A stretch of 64,000 nucleotides of DNA from positions 28,354-92,353 of the forward strand of contig QCUR01000007.1 in the NCBI GenBank assembly GCA_003208875.1. Reading direction: 5' to 3'. The notes beneath the pieces were generated by a model, which worked only from the letters and a program-made list of their open reading frames with translations, searched no databases and was not told the DNA's origin. Position numbers and translations under genes: made by a program. This stretch comes from Prochlorococcus sp. AG-679-M23. GTDB taxonomy: Bacteria; Cyanobacteriota; Cyanobacteriia; PCC-6307; Cyanobiaceae. Below, in pieces: positions 33,186 to 44,167 of the stretch (within the stretch, counting starts at the first letter, position 1; every line of letters begins with the position of its first letter).

Positions 33186-34604
33186 ATGCCCAAGGCACAT
33201 TTTGGTTTAATCGGTCTTGGAGTTATGGGGGAGAATTTAGTCCTTAATGCAGAAAGGAACGGATTTTCTAGTGTAGTTTTTAATAGAACCTATTCAAAAA
33301 CTCAAGAATTCTTAGAAGGTAGAGGTTTAGGAAAGAATGTAGAAGGAGCTAAAACACTTCAAGAATTTGTGAATAAGCTTGAGAGACCAAGAAGAATTTT
33401 AATGATGGTTAAAGCCGGGCCAGCTACAGATGCTGTTATTGATAATATTTCTGAATATCTTGAAGAAGGTGATTTATTAATTGATGGAGGGAATTCTCAG
33501 TTTAAAGATACTGAAAGAAGAGTTGAGACTCTTGAAAGTAAAAGCTTTGGATATATAGGAATGGGTGTCTCTGGAGGTGCTAAAGGAGCCTTGGAGGGGC
33601 CAAGTATGATGCCTGGCGGAACTAAAGCCTCTTATGACGCCATAGAAAGTTTATTGACTAAAATGGCTGCGAAAGTAGAAGACGGTCCTTGTGTTGCTTA
33701 TGTTGGACCCGGTGGTTCAGGCCATTTTGTTAAAACTGTTCACAATGGTATTGAATATGGCATTGAACAAATTCTTGCAGAAGCTTATGACCTTATGAAA
33801 AGAGTTAAAAATATGAATGGATCACAAATGGCTGAGGTTTTTGGTCTTTGGAATAATACTGATGAATTAGCCTCTTATCTTGTAGAAATAACGCAGATAT
33901 GTTTAAACACCAAAGATGAACTAACAGGCGAAGATGTTGTTGAAAAGATATTGGATAAAGCTGGCCAAAAAGGTACCGGATTGTGGACTGTTGTTAGTGC
34001 CCTAGAACTTGGTATATCAGTACCCACTATTTATGCTTCATTAAATGCAAGGGTTATGAGTTCCCTTAAGGTTCAACGTAGTGAAATCGAGAAAACAATT
34101 CCGATGGAAGCTATTGAAGATTTTGATTTAGGAGAAATTTCTACTGGTATGAAACCTTTATTTGATGCTGTCGTTCTTGCTACTATTGCTAGTTACGCTC
34201 AAGGGATGGACATATTAAGTGAAGCTTCATCTGTTTATAATTATGAGCTAAATATGCCATCTATTGCTCAAATATGGAAAGGTGGTTGCATTATAAGATC
34301 AAAATTATTAAAAAAGATTCAAGATGCATATCAAAAAGATCCAAATTTGAAGAATCTAATTTTTGATGATTGGTTCAACAACGAAATTTCTACAAGAATT
34401 GATAATTTAGCAAGTGTCGTTTCTTCTTCAACTAAGGCGGGTATTCCAGTTCCTTGTTTATCAAGTACATTAGATTATTTAAATAGTTACAGAACAAACA
34501 GACTCCCTCAGAATTTAGTTCAAGCCATGAGAGATTGTTTTGGCTCTCATACTTATGAAAGAGTTGATAAGGAAGGAAGTTTTCATACTGAATGGATGAA
34601 ATGA
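33186..34604 (+). CDS. gnd: 6-phosphogluconate dehydrogenase (NADP+, decarboxylating)
   Basis: GLIGLGVMG, MVKAG, DGGNS, HNGIEYG, RDCFGSHTY; start set to ATG 33186. Confidence 0.97.
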   Translation: MPKAHFGLIGLGVMGENLVLNAERNGFSSVVFNRTYSKTQEFLEGRGLGKNVEGAKTLQEFVNKLERPRRILMMVKAGPATDAVIDNISEYLEEGDLLIDGGNSQFKDTERRVETLESKSFGYIGMGVSGGAKGALEGPSMMPGGTKASYDAIESLLTKMAAKVEDGPCVAYVGPGGSGHFVKTVHNGIEYGIEQILAEAYDLMKRVKNMNGSQMAEVFGLWNNTDELASYLVEITQICLNTKDELTGEDVVEKILDKAGQKGTGLWTVVSALELGISVPTIYASLNARVMSSLKVQRSEIEKTIPMEAIEDFDLGEISTGMKPLFDAVVLATIASYAQGMDILSEASSVYNYELNMPSIAQIWKGGCIIRSKLLKKIQDAYQKDPNLKNLIFDDWFNNEISTRIDNLASVVSSSTKAGIPVPCLSSTLDYLNSYRTNRLPQNLVQAMRDCFGSHTYERVDKEGSFHTEWMK

Positions 34605-35329
34605 TTGAACAATCTTATGGTGGATACAAACTTTACATATATAAAGATAAACATGAACTCTCATCTAATGTCTCTAATTTTATAGAAAATCAAATTGTTC
34701 AAAAGTTAAAAATTAAAGACAGATTTCAATTTTGTGTAAGTGGTGGTTCAACTCCTAAATCTGTATATCAATTACTTTCAGAAAGAGATATTGAATGGGA
34801 GAAAGTTGATATTTTTTTAGGTGATGAGAGGTGTGTTGATCCAAAATCTGAATTAAGTAACTCTCTGATGTTAAAAAATTCCTTGCTAACTAAATATGGT
34901 TCTAAAGCCTTCTTTTATGATATTTTTAGTGATAAAAAAGTTGACGATAATATCTCTAAAAATTTATTAATTTCTAAATTAAATGAAAAATGTAATGGTA
35001 AACCTCCATCTTTTGATTTAACTTTATTAGGCCTTGGAGATGATGGTCATACCGCTTCATTATTTCCATATCAGAAAGATAATAATGCTGATGATTTAGT
35101 GATTTTTAATGAGGGTAAGGGGCTTAAAAGAATTTCTCTAACACCTAAAGTACTCTCTGCTTCTTTAAATATAATATTTTTAGTCAGTGGTGCTTCTAAA
35201 CAATTAGCACTCCAGAGGTTATTGGATAAAGATGAATCTCAAGAAAGGACTCCTTCTAAACTAATTAAATCAAGTAACCAGATATCAATATTTTGCGATG
35301 AAGAATCTTCAAAAGAATTATCAATTTAG
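34601..35329 (+). CDS. pgl: 6-phosphogluconolactonase
   Basis: SGGSTP, GDERCV, LLGLGDDGHTASLFP; ATGA overlap with gnd. Confidence 0.95.
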   Translation: MIEQSYGGYKLYIYKDKHELSSNVSNFIENQIVQKLKIKDRFQFCVSGGSTPKSVYQLLSERDIEWEKVDIFLGDERCVDPKSELSNSLMLKNSLLTKYGSKAFFYDIFSDKKVDDNISKNLLISKLNEKCNGKPPSFDLTLLGLGDDGHTASLFPYQKDNNADDLVIFNEGKGLKRISLTPKVLSASLNIIFLVSGASKQLALQRLLDKDESQERTPSKLIKSSNQISIFCDEESSKELSI

Positions 35330-35359
35330 TTAAAGTCTATATTAGATCTAAACTAATTA

Positions 35360-35908
35360 ATGAGTAATAAAAAAGTTTTATTCCAGAAAAAAGAGTTTGA
35401 AGGATGGAAAACCTTAAACGATACTGTTATGGGTGGTTCAAGTTCAGCTTATTGCGAAAATACAAATTCTGGGTTGCTATTAAAGGGAAATATCATAGAG
35501 AAAGCTGGTGGCTTTGTTAGTTGTAGATCATCGATATATAAACCTTCATTAGATATTAACGAGTATCAATCTTTTGAATTAAAAATAGATGGTCAAGGAA
35601 GAACCTTTAAATTTGCAGTCGCATGCGAAGATGACATCCTTGGCCTGACAGAATTTATTCCTGGTGGTCTCAGATGGATAAAATCTTTTCCTACTAAAAA
35701 ATTTGGAACAACTAAGATAGAAATTCCTTTTAATTCTCTTAATCCATCAGTAAGAGCTAATAAGGTCCGTTTCCCTTTCAAATTCAAACCATCAAAAATT
35801 AAAAGATTACAACTGCTGCATTCAAAATTTGGAGATGATGGTCTACTTAATGATGGATTCAAATCGGGTCCAATAAAAATCTTAATAAAATCAATCAGTG
35901 TACTTTGA
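35360..35908 (+). CDS. CIA30 family protein
   Basis: LNDTVMGGSS, GGFVSCR, LLHSKF. Confidence 0.85.
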   Translation: MSNKKVLFQKKEFEGWKTLNDTVMGGSSSAYCENTNSGLLLKGNIIEKAGGFVSCRSSIYKPSLDINEYQSFELKIDGQGRTFKFAVACEDDILGLTEFIPGGLRWIKSFPTKKFGTTKIEIPFNSLNPSVRANKVRFPFKFKPSKIKRLQLLHSKFGDDGLLNDGFKSGPIKILIKSISVL

Positions 35909-36284
35909 AGATTTTGATGATAAATTTAATACTTTAATTGCTAAGTCTGCAGATTTAACAAATAAACCTTTTCTGCACTCAGTCGTAAAGATTAATGGGG
36001 AATATGAAAGAGATCTTGAGGATATTGATTTAACTGTAAATATTTTATGTAGAGATAATGAAGGAAAAAGATTGGATATTTATGATCTTGAGTTGGAACT
36101 TTTTAAATCAAATAGTGAATTAGTTTTAGTTATTTCAAAGCTGAACTTTCCTGATGAACCTATTTTATGGAGTGGTGTAAAACCAATATGGATGAATAGT
36201 AATAATGGCAGAAAATGCTCTCCGCCAAAATATAGTTCAAGATTGGAGAACCTTGCTACGAGGATAAAAATTTTTATTACTTAG
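35898..36284 (+). CDS. hypothetical protein
   Basis: ORF overlapping CIA30 end; PFLHSV, DLELELF, PILWSG..P.WM. Confidence 0.75.
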   Translation: MYFEDFDDKFNTLIAKSADLTNKPFLHSVVKINGEYERDLEDIDLTVNILCRDNEGKRLDIYDLELELFKSNSELVLVISKLNFPDEPILWSGVKPIWMNSNNGRKCSPPKYSSRLENLATRIKIFIT

Positions 36285-36301
36285 AAAAGTTTATTTGGAT
36301 A

Positions 36302-37981
36302 TTATTCTTCCAAATCTGTTACGGCTCCTAGGCTTGAGGTGCTAACAATTCTTGAATATTTAGAAAGAACTCCTTTTTTATATTTTTTACTAGGCTTTTC
36401 CCAGTTAATTCTTCTCATTTCTAATTCCTCATCAGATAGTTCAACTTCGATTAATTGGTTTGTCGCATCAACAGTTATTAAATCGCCTTCTTTTATTAAC
36501 GCTATATTTCCTCCAACTGCTGCCTCTGGTGCAATATGACCAACAACTAGGCCATAGGTGCCTCCACTAAATCTACCATCAGTTATTAGAGCTACTTTTT
36601 CTCCCAGGCCTTGCCCAACAATTGCGGATGTTGGTGCCAACATTTCTCTCATCCCTGGTCCGCCAACAGGACCTTCATTTCTTATGACAACAACATTACC
36701 AGCTTTAATATCATTATTCAAAATTGATTTGAGACAATCCTCCTCACTCTCAAAAATGCGAGCAGGTCCTTTTAATACAGGATTCTTTATTCCACTAATT
36801 TTGGCTACACAACCTTCCGAGGCTAAGTTACCTTTTAGAATCGCTAAGTGACCTTTTTTATAAAGCGGATTATCAATATCTCGAATGACATCCTGATTCT
36901 CTGGAGGTTTATCTGGAATATCTTTTAAGGATTCAACTATTGTTTTACCCTCTATGTTTCTACAATTACCATGTATTAAACCTGCGTTTAGAAGTATTTT
37001 CATAACTTGTGGGATTCCACCTGCTTTATGAAGATCGACTGTTACGTATTTACCGCTGGGTTTTAAGTCGCAAATTACAGGTACTTTTTGTCTTATCCTC
37101 TCGAAATCATCAATATTGATATCTATACCTGCTGTATTTGCTATTGCTAATATATGGAGAACGGCATTAGTTGAACCTCCAATTGCCATAATGACAGATA
37201 TCGCATTCTCAAATGATTCTTTAGTCATGAGAGTTAAAGGTCTAATGTCTTTTCTAATTGCATCAACTAATATTTCAGCACTTTTTTCAGCGCTAACTTC
37301 CTTCTCGTAATCTTCAGCTGCCATTGTTGAACTATACGGAAGACTTAAACCCAAGACTTCTATAACGGCAGACATAGTGTTAGCTGTAAACATTCCTCCA
37401 CAACTTCCAGCTCCTGGGATACAATTTTTTTCAACTTCAATTAATCTCTTCTCATTTATTTTCCCAGAAGTTAATTGCCCAACAGCTTCAAATGCACTGA
37501 CAACTGTAAGATCTTCACCGTTTAATTTGCCAGGTTTTATTGTTCCTCCATAAATAAATATGGATGGGATATTCATTCTTGCAATTGCAATCATTGCTCC
37601 TGGCATATTTTTATCACAACCTCCAATAGCTAAAACCCCGTCCATACTTTGCGCATTGCATGCTGTTTCGATTGAATCAGCTATAACCTCTCTTGAAACT
37701 AGGGAATATTTCATTCCCTCTGTTCCCATAGAGATTCCATCACTTACGGTGATGGTTCCGAACATCTGAGGCATTCCTCCTGCTTCTCTTATTGACTCTT
37801 CAGCTTTAAGGGCTAACTTGTTTAACCCCATATTGCATGGTGTGATAGTACTAAATCCGTTAGCAACTCCAATAATGGGTTTAGTAAAATCTTCATCACT
37901 AAAACCAACAGCTCTTAACATTGATCTGTTGGGAGATCTTTGGACACCTTGAGTTATTGCAGATGATCTTAATTTATTCAT
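36302..37981 (-). CDS. ilvD: dihydroxy-acid dehydratase
   Basis: [37 protein letters not shown]. Confidence 0.98.
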   Translation of the reverse strand: MNKLRSSAITQGVQRSPNRSMLRAVGFSDEDFTKPIIGVANGFSTITPCNMGLNKLALKAEESIREAGGMPQMFGTITVSDGISMGTEGMKYSLVSREVIADSIETACNAQSMDGVLAIGGCDKNMPGAMIAIARMNIPSIFIYGGTIKPGKLNGEDLTVVSAFEAVGQLTSGKINEKRLIEVEKNCIPGAGSCGGMFTANTMSAVIEVLGLSLPYSSTMAAEDYEKEVSAEKSAEILVDAIRKDIRPLTLMTKESFENAISVIMAIGGSTNAVLHILAIANTAGIDINIDDFERIRQKVPVICDLKPSGKYVTVDLHKAGGIPQVMKILLNAGLIHGNCRNIEGKTIVESLKDIPDKPPENQDVIRDIDNPLYKKGHLAILKGNLASEGCVAKISGIKNPVLKGPARIFESEEDCLKSILNNDIKAGNVVVIRNEGPVGGPGMREMLAPTSAIVGQGLGEKVALITDGRFSGGTYGLVVGHIAPEAAVGGNIALIKEGDLITVDATNQLIEVELSDEELEMRRINWEKPSKKYKKGVLSKYSRIVSTSSLGAVTDLEE

Positions 37982-38004
37982 ATGATTTGAGAACCTTTTT
38001 TATT

Positions 38005-38295
38005 TTATTGTCCTAACTCCTCAAGTTGCCTCCTTACATCAGCAATTGCAGAATTAAGCTCTTCAACTTTCTGCTCTAATTTATCCCCTTCAACGTCTTT
38101 AATGTTTTCGTTAGTGTCAATAGCCTCTGAACCATCTTGAATTCTAGATGAATACATCATTGCTTTTTGTTTCTTTTCTTCTTTTCTTTTATCTGCTTCG
38201 GAGATTAACCACCATGCCAAACCTGCTGCTCCGATAAAAGCCCCACTTATTAAAGATAAAAAATTATTTGAAGACGAATCTCTATATTCAGACAT
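38005..38295 (-). CDS. hypothetical membrane-anchored coiled-coil protein
   Basis: Gly-rich TM (GAFIGAAGLAWW) and C-terminal LEQKVEELNSAIADVRRQLE. Confidence 0.8.
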   Translation of the reverse strand: MSEYRDSSSNNFLSLISGAFIGAAGLAWWLISEADKRKEEKKQKAMMYSSRIQDGSEAIDTNENIKDVEGDKLEQKVEELNSAIADVRRQLEELGQ

Positions 38296-38324
38296 TGGTA
38301 ATTAATTTCTATTTACATTATATC

Positions 38325-38942
38325 TTAGTTCTTATCTGAAAATATAGTACTCAAACGGAATAAAGGGTTTCCAATTCCTGGCTTCAACAAATTTGAATTT
38401 TCGTCTTCTTCATCAATACAAGATGTATATATAACTTGTTGAGGAAATATCTTTGCAATTTCATTTAGACCTTTATTGCTGCAAATGGATGATATTAATA
38501 AAATCCTATTAGATTCAACCCCTAATCTTTTTAAGTTAATAAGAGTTTCAATTGGATTTGATTTCATCTTTATTTGATCTGAATAAACCATAACACCTAC
38601 ATTTTCTTCGATTTTTGTTGGTAATTCTCCTAACAAAAGAGTTGAATTGGGGATCACTTCTTTTGCTCCGTACCATAGGGATAATCCTTCAGGCATTATC
38701 GCTATTACTTTTATAGGGTAATCATTATTTATAAACACGCCTTCTGCCTCTCCATGATCTGTTTTTATCGACTCTTTTTTATATGGAAGCCAATCTCTTA
38801 AAGCTTCATAAGTTAGCCATTTTCCTAATTGTTCATAGCCAGTTGAATATAAAATATTAGGAGTATTTTTCTCTCTTAAAATTGAAAGCCAATGTTTTAT
38901 TAATGGATGAGGAGGAACAATAACCTTTAGTGACATTGCCAT
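38325..38942 (-). CDS. upp: uracil phosphoribosyltransferase-like protein (degenerate PRPP motif)
   Basis: HPLIKHWLSILR..T, LTYEALRDWLP, ID..L.PGIG; start set to ATG 38942. Confidence 0.8.
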   Translation of the reverse strand: MAMSLKVIVPPHPLIKHWLSILREKNTPNILYSTGYEQLGKWLTYEALRDWLPYKKESIKTDHGEAEGVFINNDYPIKVIAIMPEGLSLWYGAKEVIPNSTLLLGELPTKIEENVGVMVYSDQIKMKSNPIETLINLKRLGVESNRILLISSICSNKGLNEIAKIFPQQVIYTSCIDEEDENSNLLKPGIGNPLFRLSTIFSDKN

Positions 38943-39004
38943 ATATTTTCCTTTAAGATGGTAATACAAAATTTAAAACCCTAGATCTAAAATACATTTT
39001 TATT

Positions 39005-39517
39005 ATGATTAAATCAATTAATTTTCCTTCCCTCAAGAATGCTTTAATAACTATATTTTTTATTGGAATCCTATTTTTTAATTTTGTAAACTCTGCTTGG
39101 GCTAAACGACCCCCAGAAATAAGAAACCAGCAAGACCTTGATCTAGAGGAAGATATGCATGGTCAAGATCTTAGTGGGAATGAATTTGTAAAGTTCAATT
39201 TAAATGGATTTGATTTTAGTCAAAGTAACTTGGAGGGCGCAGTTTTTAATAATAGTAAATTGCAAAACGCAACTATGACTGGAGCTAACCTTAGTGACGC
39301 TTTAGCATATGCAACAGATTTTACAGACGCAGATCTTTCAGATGTGAATTTCACAAATGCTTTATTAATGGAAAGTAATTTTGAAGGAGCTAAGATTGAT
39401 GGCGCAGATTTTACTAATGCAGTTCTTAGCCGTATACAACAAAAAGAATTATGTGAAATAGCAAATGGTACTAATAGTTCGACAGGAGAAAGTACAGAAT
39501 ATAGTCTTGGTTGTTAG
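39005..39517 (+). CDS. pentapeptide repeat protein, probably lumenal/periplasmic
   Basis: Signal peptide ending AWA; A(D/N)(L/F)xx repeats; C-terminal Cys pair. Confidence 0.9.
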   Translation: MIKSINFPSLKNALITIFFIGILFFNFVNSAWAKRPPEIRNQQDLDLEEDMHGQDLSGNEFVKFNLNGFDFSQSNLEGAVFNNSKLQNATMTGANLSDALAYATDFTDADLSDVNFTNALLMESNFEGAKIDGADFTNAVLSRIQQKELCEIANGTNSSTGESTEYSLGC

Positions 39518-39526
39518 AAAATATAT

Positions 39527-40582
39527 ATGAAAAAAAGAATACCTGTTATTGTAATTTCTGGATTTCTTGGTTCAGGAAAGACTACTTTTTTAAGATATTT
39601 ACTTAGAGAAAGCAATAAAAAATTTGGGTTAATAATTAATGAATTTGGCGATGTTGGGATTGATGGTGACCTTGTTAAAAGCTGCAATGGCTGTGACGAT
39701 TCTGCTGAAGACTGTATTATTGAATTAAATAATGGTTGTTTATGTTGCACCGTTCAAGATGACTTTATTCCCTCGATAAAATCACTTTTAAATTTTAATC
39801 CTGATATAGAAGCAATAATCATAGAGACGAGTGGACTTGCCTTACCCTTACCATTGATACAAGCACTCAATTGGCCTGAGATAAGGACATCAATATATCT
39901 TGATCTCGTAATTGGCATTGTCAATGGAGAGTCAATGCTTAAGGGCTCTCCAATAAATGATTTAAGTGAAATAACTAACCAGTACGATGAGTTAAATAAG
40001 ATTGACCATAATGCATCTATTGACGAACTCTTTGAAGAACAGTTAGAGGTTTCTGATATCGTTCTAATATCTAGAGCAGATGTTTTGAATGAAAAAGAAT
40101 TTAATTCTATCGAAAATATAATCAAAGAAAAGTTTAATTCAACTGTTCCCATTCTTAAATCTTTTAATGGTAAAATTGACTTAAAATATCTATTTGATAT
40201 TGATTTAAAAAAGGATAATTATAAAAAATTTATTTCTGAAGAACATGATCATAATCACGTTGAACTTGTCTCTGATTCAGTAAAGTTAAATTATTTTCTT
40301 GACAAAAAAGAATTTGAGAAAGAGATAGTAAACGTTTTAAGTGAAATTAATATTCTTCGAATAAAAGGACGTATATGGATTCCAAATAAATCTTTGCCTT
40401 TGCAAATACAAATAGTTGGAAAAAAAATAAATACTTGGTATGAAGAAGCACCTCTTAATTGTTGGAGACCAATTGATAGTGGTGGACTTGAATTAGTCGT
40501 AATTGCCTTTAATAGTGAATCGATTAATAAATTTATAAAAAAAATTAAAGAGAAATTTAAGGTTTTAAACGTCCAAATTTAA
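39527..40582 (+). CDS. cobW: CobW / COG0523 metal-delivery GTPase
   Basis: GFLGSGKT, INEFG, GCLCC, ETSG, HDHNH, RIKG. Confidence 0.9.
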   Translation: MKKRIPVIVISGFLGSGKTTFLRYLLRESNKKFGLIINEFGDVGIDGDLVKSCNGCDDSAEDCIIELNNGCLCCTVQDDFIPSIKSLLNFNPDIEAIIIETSGLALPLPLIQALNWPEIRTSIYLDLVIGIVNGESMLKGSPINDLSEITNQYDELNKIDHNASIDELFEEQLEVSDIVLISRADVLNEKEFNSIENIIKEKFNSTVPILKSFNGKIDLKYLFDIDLKKDNYKKFISEEHDHNHVELVSDSVKLNYFLDKKEFEKEIVNVLSEINILRIKGRIWIPNKSLPLQIQIVGKKINTWYEEAPLNCWRPIDSGGLELVVIAFNSESINKFIKKIKEKFKVLNVQI

Positions 40583-40635
40583 GCATTTAATTTTATAGTT
40601 ATTTCTGGAAAATTTCCCTGATTTCAAAATTGAAA

Positions 40636-40803
40636 ATGGAAGATTCAAAAATTGCTTTTAAAGCTAATATCCTTGCTGAAGATTCAATTCCTTTTTTTAA
40701 AGTTATTTGTTCTAAATGTGCTGGGTCAGGTAATTTTAAAACACCTGAAAACTCAAGGAGAACTTGTTTAGAATGTTTTGGAAAGGGTTATGTAAACGTT
40801 TAA
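40636..40803 (+). CDS. small DnaJ-type zinc-finger protein (55 aa)
   Basis: Not in ORF track; manual translation MEDSKIAFKANILAEDSIPFFKVICSKCAGSGNFKTPENSRRTCLECFGKGYVNV with two CxxCxGxG motifs. Confidence 0.85.
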   Translation: MEDSKIAFKANILAEDSIPFFKVICSKCAGSGNFKTPENSRRTCLECFGKGYVNV

Positions 40804-40904
40804 TTAAATTTTTTTGTTTTTAATGATAAAAATATTTGTTTATTAATTAAGAGTACTTTTTTATTAAAATTTAAACTATTCTTCTATTAGAAATAATTTT
40901 TTAA

Positions 40905-41156
40905 TTGGATCAATTTGAAGTTAAAGTTTTTATAAGGTTAAGACCTTCCGTTCTTGATCCAGCAGGAGAGGCAATAAAGTCTGCTTCCAGCAAACTTGGA
41001 GTCGCAGGAATTAAATCTTTAAGAATAGGAAAAATGATTGAAGTTAAAATCGAAAGTAATGAAGAAGATATTAAAGAAAAAATTGAATTATTATGTGATC
41101 GATTATTTGCTAATACAGTCATTGAAGACTATGAGTATTCAATAAATAAATTATAA
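40905..41156 (+). CDS. purS: FGAM synthase subunit PurS
   Basis: LRPSVLDPAGEA, RIGK, LFANTVIEDY. Confidence 0.95.
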   Translation: MDQFEVKVFIRLRPSVLDPAGEAIKSASSKLGVAGIKSLRIGKMIEVKIESNEEDIKEKIELLCDRLFANTVIEDYEYSINKL

Positions 41157-41822
41157 ATGGCTAGTTTTACTGTTGGTATTGTCGTTTTCCCTGGTTCTAA
41201 TTGTGATCGTGATGTTTCCTGGGCTTTGGAAGGTTGTTTAGACATTAAAACAAAATTTTTATGGCATGAATCATCTGATTTGAATGATGTTGATTCAATT
41301 GTTTTGCCAGGAGGATTTAGTTATGGTGATTATTTAAGATGTGGAGCAATAGCAAGATTCTCTCCATTAATAAATTCTTTACATGACTTTGTTAAAAGCG
41401 GAAGACGTGTATTAGGCATATGTAATGGGTTTCAGATTTTAACTGAATCAGGTTTTCTTCCTGGAGCACTTGTTGCTAATAAAAATCTCAATTTCATTTG
41501 TGATGATGTTGACTTGAATGTGATCACTTCGAAAGGTGGTTGGTTTCAAAAGTCAAACGAAACACAAAATATAAAATTACCAATAGCTCATGGAGAAGGT
41601 CGTTATCATTGCGATCAAGATACACTTAAAAAACTTACTGATAATGATTTAATTGCATTGAAATACAAAACTAATCCTAATGGTTCAACCTCTGACATAG
41701 CAGGTATAACTAATGAAAAAGGAAATGTTTTAGGATTAATGCCTCATCCTGAACGAGCTTGTGATGAATCCATTGGCGGAATAGATGGTCTCTATACTTT
41801 GAGATCTTTAATTACCCAATAA
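41157..41822 (+). CDS. purQ: FGAM synthase subunit PurQ
   Basis: [31 protein letters not shown]. Confidence 0.97.
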   Translation: MASFTVGIVVFPGSNCDRDVSWALEGCLDIKTKFLWHESSDLNDVDSIVLPGGFSYGDYLRCGAIARFSPLINSLHDFVKSGRRVLGICNGFQILTESGFLPGALVANKNLNFICDDVDLNVITSKGGWFQKSNETQNIKLPIAHGEGRYHCDQDTLKKLTDNDLIALKYKTNPNGSTSDIAGITNEKGNVLGLMPHPERACDESIGGIDGLYTLRSLITQ

Positions 41823-41852
41823 AAAAAGACCTCGAATATTGAGGTCTTTTTT
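41823..41852. terminator. bidirectional intrinsic terminator between convergent purQ and fbaA
   Basis: AAAAAGACCTC-GAATATT-GAGGTCTTTTT: stem flanked by A and T tracts. Confidence 0.85.
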
Positions 41853-41872
41853 ATTTTATCTTTGCTTAAATA

Positions 41873-42946
41873 TTATACTGCTGCTTTTACTTTTGGATCT
41901 AAGTTACCTTTGGCATAAAGATCAGCGTAATAATTTGTGCTGCTTTGTTTGATCTTACTTGCTTGACCTTCGCACCAGAATTGCTTATATCTATCTAGAC
42001 AAACTTGCTTCATGTATTTTCTTGCAGGTTTATTGAAATGTCTTGGGTCGAAGTTGGCTGTGTCGGCAAAAGCAGCTTCTCTAACTGCTGCTGTAAATGC
42101 AAGTCTATTATCAGTATCGATATTTACCTTCCTTACCCCGTTTCTAATTCCCTCTTGAATTTCTTCAACAGGTACACCGTATGTCTGTGGAATTTCTCCA
42201 CCATATTTATTAATGATATCTAACCATTCTTGAGGAACTGAACTTGACCCATGCATCACAAGATGAGTATTTGGTAAAGCTTTATGGATCTCAGCAATTC
42301 TGCTTATAGCAAGAACCTCTCCTGTTGGCTTTCTTGTGAATTTATATGCCCCATGACTTGTTCCTATCGCTATAGCTAAAGCATCAACTTTGGTTTTCGC
42401 TACAAAGTCTGCAGCTTCTTCAGGATCAGTTAAAAGCATATCTGTTGAAAGTTCACCTTCAAATCCATGACCATCTTCAGCTTCACCTTTGCCTGTTTCT
42501 AAGGATCCTAGGCAACCTAATTCTCCCTCAACACTAACTCCCACTGAATGTGCGAAATCTACTACTTTTTTTGTTACGGCAACATTATATTCATAACTTG
42601 CGGGTGTCTTTGCATCTGCCTCTAAAGATCCGTCCATCATTACTGATGTAAAACCATTAATAGCGGCTGAATAACAAGTTGATGGCTCATTACCATGATC
42701 CTGATGCATTACAACTGGAATATTTGGATAAGTTTCTGTTGCGGCAAGGATCAGGTGTCGAAGGAAAATTTCTCCAGCATAATTTCTTGCTCCTCTTGAA
42801 GCTTGAAGAATTACAGGGCTATCAGTTTCGTAAGCAGCCTCCATGATCGCTTGAACCTGTTCAAGATTATTTACATTAAAAGCTGGTATACCGTAACCAT
42901 TCTCGGCTGCGTGATCTAAAAGTAGTCTCAGTGGAACGAGGGCCAT
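41873..42946 (-). CDS. fbaA: fructose-bisphosphate aldolase class II (CbbA)
   Basis: [38 protein letters not shown]. Confidence 0.97.
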   Translation of the reverse strand: MALVPLRLLLDHAAENGYGIPAFNVNNLEQVQAIMEAAYETDSPVILQASRGARNYAGEIFLRHLILAATETYPNIPVVMHQDHGNEPSTCYSAAINGFTSVMMDGSLEADAKTPASYEYNVAVTKKVVDFAHSVGVSVEGELGCLGSLETGKGEAEDGHGFEGELSTDMLLTDPEEAADFVAKTKVDALAIAIGTSHGAYKFTRKPTGEVLAISRIAEIHKALPNTHLVMHGSSSVPQEWLDIINKYGGEIPQTYGVPVEEIQEGIRNGVRKVNIDTDNRLAFTAAVREAAFADTANFDPRHFNKPARKYMKQVCLDRYKQFWCEGQASKIKQSSTNYYADLYAKGNLDPKVKAAV

Positions 42947-43099
42947 AATTAAAAATTAATTAGATGCTTAAGAAAAATAAGCAATATGTTCCGAGAGTTT
43001 AATATATAGAGGTAACAAATGTCACGTCATTGGATATACAAATCACAAAAGATAAGAAACTATTTTAATACCTAATTGTATATTTTCTGCTTTATTTTG

Positions 43100-44167
43100 T
43101 TAGTAAGTATAACCAGCAACAAATAATTGCTCATCAGATGATGGTTGAGATCCTGCTACATATGAACCTTTTGAAGCCTCAGAGTTTGCCTGAGCTCTAG
43201 CAATTAGAGCCTTTTGCCCGGCATCTGTTTCGCTTCCTTTCCATGCCTTTAAGCAAGAATGCTGTAGAGCTCTTCCATAGGAGAATGAAACGTTCCATAA
43301 AGCTTTTCTATAAATAGTATTCATGTTATTTAAATAAACTGAAGCAGCTTCTTCACTTAAACCTCCGGAAAGAAAAACAATTCCAGGAACTGATGCCGGT
43401 ACGCATCTTTCCATTGTTCTTATTGTCATTTCAGCAACTTTCATTGGATCAGCTTTTGTTTGGCACTCAGCTCCATTAACAGTCATTGAAGGTTTTAAAA
43501 GTGTTCCTTCAAGGAAAACTCCATTAGCCTGACAAGCTATGTATACCTGCTTAATAACTTCTTCTTGAACTTCGGCAGTTTTCTCAATAGTATGATCACC
43601 ATCCATTAAAATTTCTGGCTCAATTATTGGTACTAATCCTGATTCCTGAACTGATCTAGCATATCTTGCTAACCCCCATGCGTTTTCTTGTATAGATAAT
43701 TTTGATGGGCACCCATCCTCTGTTATTTGTAAAACTGCTCTCCATTTTGCGAATCTAGCTCCTTGCTCGTAGTATTTTGCTGCTCTTTCAACTAATCCAT
43801 CTAGACCAGAACAAAATGTTTCTACGTCTCCGCCTCCTGGAAGAGGATTCAAACCTTTATCAACCTTAATACCTGGTATGATTCCCAATTTATTTAGCTT
43901 TTGTACCATTGATTCGCCATCCTGATGGTTCTGAAAAAGTGTTTCTTCAAATAAAATTGCACCACTTATATATTTCCCAAGACCTTCAGTGGTGAAAAGC
44001 ATTCCTCTATATGCTTTTCTATTCTCTTCAGTATTTTCTACTCCAATACCTGCCAATCTTTTCCCCACTGTTTTAGTAGATTCATCTACAGCTAATATTC
44101 CTTTACCTTTGGAAGCTAAATGTTGAGCATTTTCTTTAAGCTCATTTTTGTAGTAATTTAATGCCAT
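43100..44167 (-). CDS. fructose-bisphosphate aldolase class I (eukaryote-like)
   Basis: GKGILAVDES, ILFEETL, GIKVDKG, FAKWR, GTLLKPSM (Schiff-base Lys), FSYGRALQ, C-terminal Tyr. Confidence 0.95.
   Translation of the reverse strand: MALNYYKNELKENAQHLASKGKGILAVDESTKTVGKRLAGIGVENTEENRKAYRGMLFTTEGLGKYISGAILFEETLFQNHQDGESMVQKLNKLGIIPGIKVDKGLNPLPGGGDVETFCSGLDGLVERAAKYYEQGARFAKWRAVLQITEDGCPSKLSIQENAWGLARYARSVQESGLVPIIEPEILMDGDHTIEKTAEVQEEVIKQVYIACQANGVFLEGTLLKPSMTVNGAECQTKADPMKVAEMTIRTMERCVPASVPGIVFLSGGLSEEAASVYLNNMNTIYRKALWNVSFSYGRALQHSCLKAWKGSETDAGQKALIARAQANSEASKGSYVAGSQPSSDEQLFVAGYTY

Noticed and set aside
39150..39430. Periodic sequence within 39005..39517
   Set aside because: Explained by pentapeptide protein repeats; not a DNA repeat or CRISPR array.
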